Assembly: GCA_001799565.1 (NCBI GenBank)
Contig: MGTS01000042.1
Location: 157,793 to 221,792, forward strand
DNA length: 64,000 bases
Direction of reading: 5' to 3'
DNA from: Elusimicrobia bacterium GWA2_51_34
GTDB lineage: Bacteria > Elusimicrobiota > Elusimicrobia > Elusimicrobiales > UBA9959
A program made the translations under genes and the position numbers. Below are positions 60,460 to 64,000 of the stretch, piece after piece. The notes beneath the pieces are model-generated. The model saw only the letters and a list, made by a program, of their open reading frames with translations, was not told where the DNA came from and did not search any database. The stretch's first letter is position 1. The number at the start of each line of letters is the position of its first letter.

Positions 60460-62028
60460 ATGACCCTCACCGACATTCTAAAAAATACGGGGGAAACTCC
60501 GGGCGCGGACGGGTCTGCTTCGCTTAACAATAGTTTCGCAGGACCACGTCCCTTCGAAGCCTTGGCGAAGAAGGACGGCGGCGTGGAAATAACGGCCATT
60601 ACGAACGATTCGCGCAAGGCGGTTAAAGGCGCGCTTTTTTTCGCCCTGCCCGGCGCCAAAACCGACGGAAGCCTCTATATCCGGCAAGCCCTTGAAAACG
60701 GCGCTTCAGCCGTTGTTTCACAAAACGCCGCGGACCCCGCTTTGAAAACCGCCTACCCCTCGGCCGTCTGGCTTCGCACCCCGGACATTTCAGCGCTCCT
60801 TTCCACCGCAGCGGCCAACTTTTACCATAACCCTTCGGCAGAGCTTAAAGTAACAGGGCTTACCGGCACAAAAGGAAAAACCACCACCGCCTACCTTCTT
60901 GAAAGCATACTGGCCGCGCACGGCGACAAGCCGGGCGTGGCAGGCACCATAAACTACCGCGTGAACGGCAGGGTGCTTTCAAAAGCCGCGAACACCACCC
61001 CGCTCGCCCACGACCTGCAGGCCCTGCTTCGCGCTATGGTCGGCGCCGGGGCGAAAAGCGCCATAATGGAAATTTCGTCCCACGCGCTCGCGCTCAAACG
61101 CGCCGACAATGTGCGATTTGACTGCGCCGTATTCACAAACCTGCAAAGCGACCACATGGATTTCCACAAAACCCGCGGGGACTACTTCCTTGCCAAGGCC
61201 CGGCTTTTTGAACTGCTGGCCGCTTCGCCTAAAAAAAACAAAACCGCGGTTATAAACGCGGACGACGAAATGGCCGCTGAACTTATAAGCGGGCTTTCCC
61301 GCGGCCTGAAAACCCTTACCTTTGCCGTTGACGGGAAAGCGGACTTTAAAGCCTCTGCGGTACAAATACTGGAACAAAAAACGCTTTTCAACCTTAACGC
61401 GCCCGGGGGTAAAACGCCTGTCGTCCTTAACCTGCTAGGCCTGCATAATGTTTACAACGCGCTCGCCGCGATAACGGCGGCGTGCGCCATGGGCGTAGGG
61501 CTTGAAACCGCCGTTAAAGGCGTCCAGGCGCTCACACGGGTGCCGGGGCGCCTTGAGCGTATAGACCTGGGGCAGAATTTCACCGTATTTGTGGACTACG
61601 CCCACACCGGCGCGGCCCTTGAAAGCGTGCTTACAAATTTAAAAAAACTGCCGCATGCGAAAATAATCACCGTTTTCGGCTGCGGGGGCGACCGCGACCG
61701 CACCAAACGCGCGCCCATGGGAGCGGTTTCCTGCTCTTTAAGCGACCGGGTTATAATAACAAGCGACAATCCTAGGACCGAGGACCCCGCCCGGATTTTC
61801 TCGGATATTGAAAAAGGACTCGCCGGTGTATTCTTAAATTATGAAACACTCCCCTGCCGCCGGGAAGCCATTTTCAAGGCCATAGCCGCCGCTTCAAAAG
61901 GCGACATCGTGCTTATAGCCGGAAAAGGCCACGAGGACTATCAGATACTAAAGAACGAAACTATCCATTTCAGCGACCGGGAAGAAGCCGAAGAAGCGAT
62001 AAAAAAGAAAATGCAAAATGCAAAATGA
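60460..62028 (+). CDS. murE: UDP-N-acetylmuramoyl-L-alanyl-D-glutamate--2,6-diaminopimelate ligase
   Basis: 522 aa with the GTKGKTTT P-loop, a Mur ligase middle and C-terminal domain pattern, and a DNPR motif. The N-terminus carries one reverse-oriented copy of the 66-nt element. Confidence 0.9.
   Translation: MTLTDILKNTGETPGADGSASLNNSFAGPRPFEALAKKDGGVEITAITNDSRKAVKGALFFALPGAKTDGSLYIRQALENGASAVVSQNAADPALKTAYPSAVWLRTPDISALLSTAAANFYHNPSAELKVTGLTGTKGKTTTAYLLESILAAHGDKPGVAGTINYRVNGRVLSKAANTTPLAHDLQALLRAMVGAGAKSAIMEISSHALALKRADNVRFDCAVFTNLQSDHMDFHKTRGDYFLAKARLFELLAASPKKNKTAVINADDEMAAELISGLSRGLKTLTFAVDGKADFKASAVQILEQKTLFNLNAPGGKTPVVLNLLGLHNVYNALAAITAACAMGVGLETAVKGVQALTRVPGRLERIDLGQNFTVFVDYAHTGAALESVLTNLKKLPHAKIITVFGCGGDRDRTKRAPMGAVSCSLSDRVIITSDNPRTEDPARIFSDIEKGLAGVFLNYETLPCRREAIFKAIAAASKGDIVLIAGKGHEDYQILKNETIHFSDREEAEEAIKKKMQNAK
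60511..60578 (-). repeat. 66-nt palindromic element, single reverse-oriented copy, in-frame in murE
   Basis: The reverse complement ccgtccttcttcgccaaggcttcgaagggacgtggtcctgcgaaactattgttaagcgaagcagaccc differs from tatD unit 1 at about 5 of 66 positions. In murE it encodes GSASLNNSFAGPRPFEALAKKDG. Confidence 0.9.
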
Positions 62029-62075
62029 AAAACGGGGTGTCGCCATTATACCGGGGGAAATGCAAAGTGAAAAGC
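62008..62075. repeat. AATGCAA/AAGTGAA heptamer tracts at the murE 3' end
   Basis: aaatgcaaaatgcaaaatgaaaaa ... gaaatgcaaagtgaaaagc. Reverse complement of the TTGCATT tract at 1864-1898. Confidence 0.55.
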
Positions 62076-62089
62076 AGGGCGCGATTATT

Positions 62090-62956
62090 ATGTTATATAA
62101 TCACGCTATGGGGAAGGATATATTTAAAACACTTTGCGTAGTTTTTTTACTGGCCGCGCCGCAATTTCTTTCCAGCGCGCTGGTGACAAGCGAACCCGCG
62201 GCCGGTATGACGCTGGAAGCCCGCGAAAGGCTGATTTCCGGCGGCGATCCCGCAGATGAGCCCGTAAGGTTTTTTATTACCAGCGAAGATTCTTCCTTCG
62301 GCGTGGACGAACAGAATTTTCAGGGCGTGAAAATATGGCAGATACGTATTTCTGATTCACAAAACCGCAAAGTCAGCTATATTCAGGGGGTCGGCCGGCC
62401 GGACGAGCGGCCAATCCTTTGGAACGGCCTGTCGGCGTCCGGGAAACCTCTTCCCGACGGTTTCTATAACGCCAGCCTTATACTTGCGGACTCAAACGGC
62501 AAATTCCGTGAAACGCCGGAGGTTACGGTTTCCCTTGTGACTCCGCTGGAAGTAGCGAATCTGGCCACATCAGGACTGGGCTTCAATTATACGCCTGAAG
62601 GCCTGGTAGTGTATATTTCAAACGCAATGACATTCTCGGTAGGCAATAATAAGATCCGGGCCGAGGCAAAGCCGGCTCTTGACTCAATGGTCGCATTCCT
62701 TAAACTGCATCCCGCGAATAAAATTATTATCCGCGGTTACACCGATTCCACCGGCACGCGGGAAATAAATGTCGCGCTCTCCAAAAGAAGAGCTTTTTCC
62801 GTTTACGGTTATTTCCGCCAGAACGACATTGACCCCAGCCGTCTGTCTTATGAAGGCCTTGGTTCAAGCAACCCGGTTTATTCAAACGCCACCGCCGAGG
62901 GGAAAACCAGGAACAGAAGGGTTGAAGTTGTAGTATTAAAAACCGTCGTAATTTAA
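62090..62956 (+). CDS. OmpA-family protein with N-terminal Ig-like region
   Basis: C-terminal OmpA domain (RGYTDSTGTREINVALSKRRA ... NRRVEVVV) and a signal-like segment FKTLCVVFLLAAPQFLSSA. Start is uncertain (62018, 62090 or 62108). Confidence 0.8.
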   Translation: MLYNHAMGKDIFKTLCVVFLLAAPQFLSSALVTSEPAAGMTLEARERLISGGDPADEPVRFFITSEDSSFGVDEQNFQGVKIWQIRISDSQNRKVSYIQGVGRPDERPILWNGLSASGKPLPDGFYNASLILADSNGKFRETPEVTVSLVTPLEVANLATSGLGFNYTPEGLVVYISNAMTFSVGNNKIRAEAKPALDSMVAFLKLHPANKIIIRGYTDSTGTREINVALSKRRAFSVYGYFRQNDIDPSRLSYEGLGSSNPVYSNATAEGKTRNRRVEVVVLKTVVI

Positions 62957-63364
62957 CTAGCCCAAATAACCGCCGCAATCAGGCAAAAAATCCCATAAAT
63001 CCACATCTGTCCGGGGAAATTCCGCCACATATCACAAAAAATTGGCGTAAACAGCCGTATTTATGCGTATTTCCCTGCGGAAACCGTCATGCTTGACTTT
63101 TAAAACGCTCAACGACGCAAGCCATCCCCCAAAATGGACATGATTCTGCATTTCCCGGTTTTGCCGCCTTACCGGACAGCACCGCTAAATTGACATAAAA
63201 TCCCTTTCTCATAGGAGATTTGGCCTATTCTAAGGTCCGACTCGGTTTACACCCCACCCCAGTTTAAAACTTTCCCCGGACAGCTGTGCATAAATCGCTT
63301 TTATCACCGCGACAATACGCTGTCGCGTTGGTCTGCTATGATATTTAAGCGGCAAAGGAGGAAT

Positions 63365-64000
63365 ATGATTATAAAAAAACCGGCAAAGTCTTTTGGACAG
63401 GGTACCACTGGACATGATTTCTCGGTTTTAATTCAAGACCTCAGGAATCTTCATGACCACCTTAAATATCAAACAGTCAAGGCTGTCAACACAAACCTGA
63501 CCCTGCGTAACTGGCTGTTCGGCTGCCGCATTAAGAAATACGAGTTAAAGGGCAGAGACCGCGCAAAATACGGGGAAGGATTATTTGCCGCCTTAGCTGA
63601 AAAGCTTACCGGGCAGGGAATTCCCAATTGCGCCCAATGGCAACTTTATCTCTACCGTAACTTTTATCTGGCCTTCCCGGAGATTTTTGGGACGCTGTCC
63701 CAAAAATTACAATCCATGCTTCCCGACGAACCACAAACAAGCGTAAAATCAGGTGCGTTGTTCCCGAAATCAGACTTTCTTCCGGATAAACTCCTAAACG
63801 ACCTTTCCTACAGCCATTTTGAAGAATTAACAAAAGTGGAGCCCGGACTTAAACGTAACTTCTATGTTGCCGAATGCATCCGCGGGAACTGGTCCGTCAG
63901 GGAGTTGAAGCGGCAAATCGCAAGCCTTTACTACGAGCGAGCCAGCCTTTCAAAAAATAAGGCTAAACTTTCTAATATAACACATGCAAAAGCCGAGACG
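63365..64000 (+). CDS. DUF1016/YhcG-like (PDDEXK nuclease family) protein, 3' end beyond the window
   Basis: Hand-translated from an ATG preceded by AAAGGAGG: MIIKKPAKSFGQG...RNWLFGCRIKKYELKGRDRAKYGEGLFAALAEKL...NFYVAECIRGNWSVRELKRQI. Open to the window end. The pattern matches the N-terminal DUF1016 region as I recall it. Confidence 0.6.
   Translation, partial: MIIKKPAKSFGQGTTGHDFSVLIQDLRNLHDHLKYQTVKAVNTNLTLRNWLFGCRIKKYELKGRDRAKYGEGLFAALAEKLTGQGIPNCAQWQLYLYRNFYLAFPEIFGTLSQKLQSMLPDEPQTSVKSGALFPKSDFLPDKLLNDLSYSHFEELTKVEPGLKRNFYVAECIRGNWSVRELKRQIASLYYERASLSKNKAKLSNITHAKAET

Overview
The window is a 64-kb bacterial chromosomal segment made almost entirely of housekeeping genes. I could not assign taxonomy. 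GC looks mid-50s percent by eye, and Omp85-, OmpA- and GmhA-type genes suggest a diderm.

Gene content:
- Minus strand: ribF-truB-nrnA-rbfA-infB-nusA-rimP.
- Minus strand: a catabolic cluster at about 7.9-19.1 kb. It holds a three-subunit xanthine-dehydrogenase-family molybdoenzyme, an FdrA/YlbE/YlbF-like trio, a C-N hydrolase and a cyclase/formamidase.
- Minus strand: proS-ispG-rseP-dxr-cdsA-uppS-frr-(SIS isomerase)-pyrH-tsf-rpsB.
- Then nadE and an Omp85-like gene on plus, followed by glyS-glyQ-recO on minus.
- Plus strand: rpmH-rnpA-yidD-yidC-jag-mnmE-(membrane gene)-mnmG-rsmG.
- Plus strand: an envelope/protease group, tatD and tcdA.
- Plus strand: a partial dcw cluster (mraZ-rsmH-small ORF-ftsL-ftsI-lipoprotein-murE), then an OmpA-family gene and a truncated DUF1016 nuclease-like gene.
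- I found no rRNA, tRNA or CRISPR array.

The unusual content is non-coding:
1. Nearly every intergenic gap carries a long imperfect hairpin whose arms are tandem 7-8 nt units. There are a dozen or so arm dialects with a shared architecture.
2. Two four-helix-bundle genes (23S rRNA intervening-sequence / Avd family) sit in the loops of such stems, between subunit genes of the molybdoenzyme operon. Each is bracketed by a different dialect. This resembles an rRNA-IVS arrangement transplanted into mRNA.
3. At least two other small palindromic elements are inserted in-frame into conserved genes, as Rickettsia palindromic elements are. One is a 66-nt element in tatD (2.6 tandem copies) and, in reverse orientation, in murE. 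The other is a ~95-nt element in yidC.

All repeat calls come from reading the sequence by eye. Protein calls rest on motifs I recognise, not on database searches.
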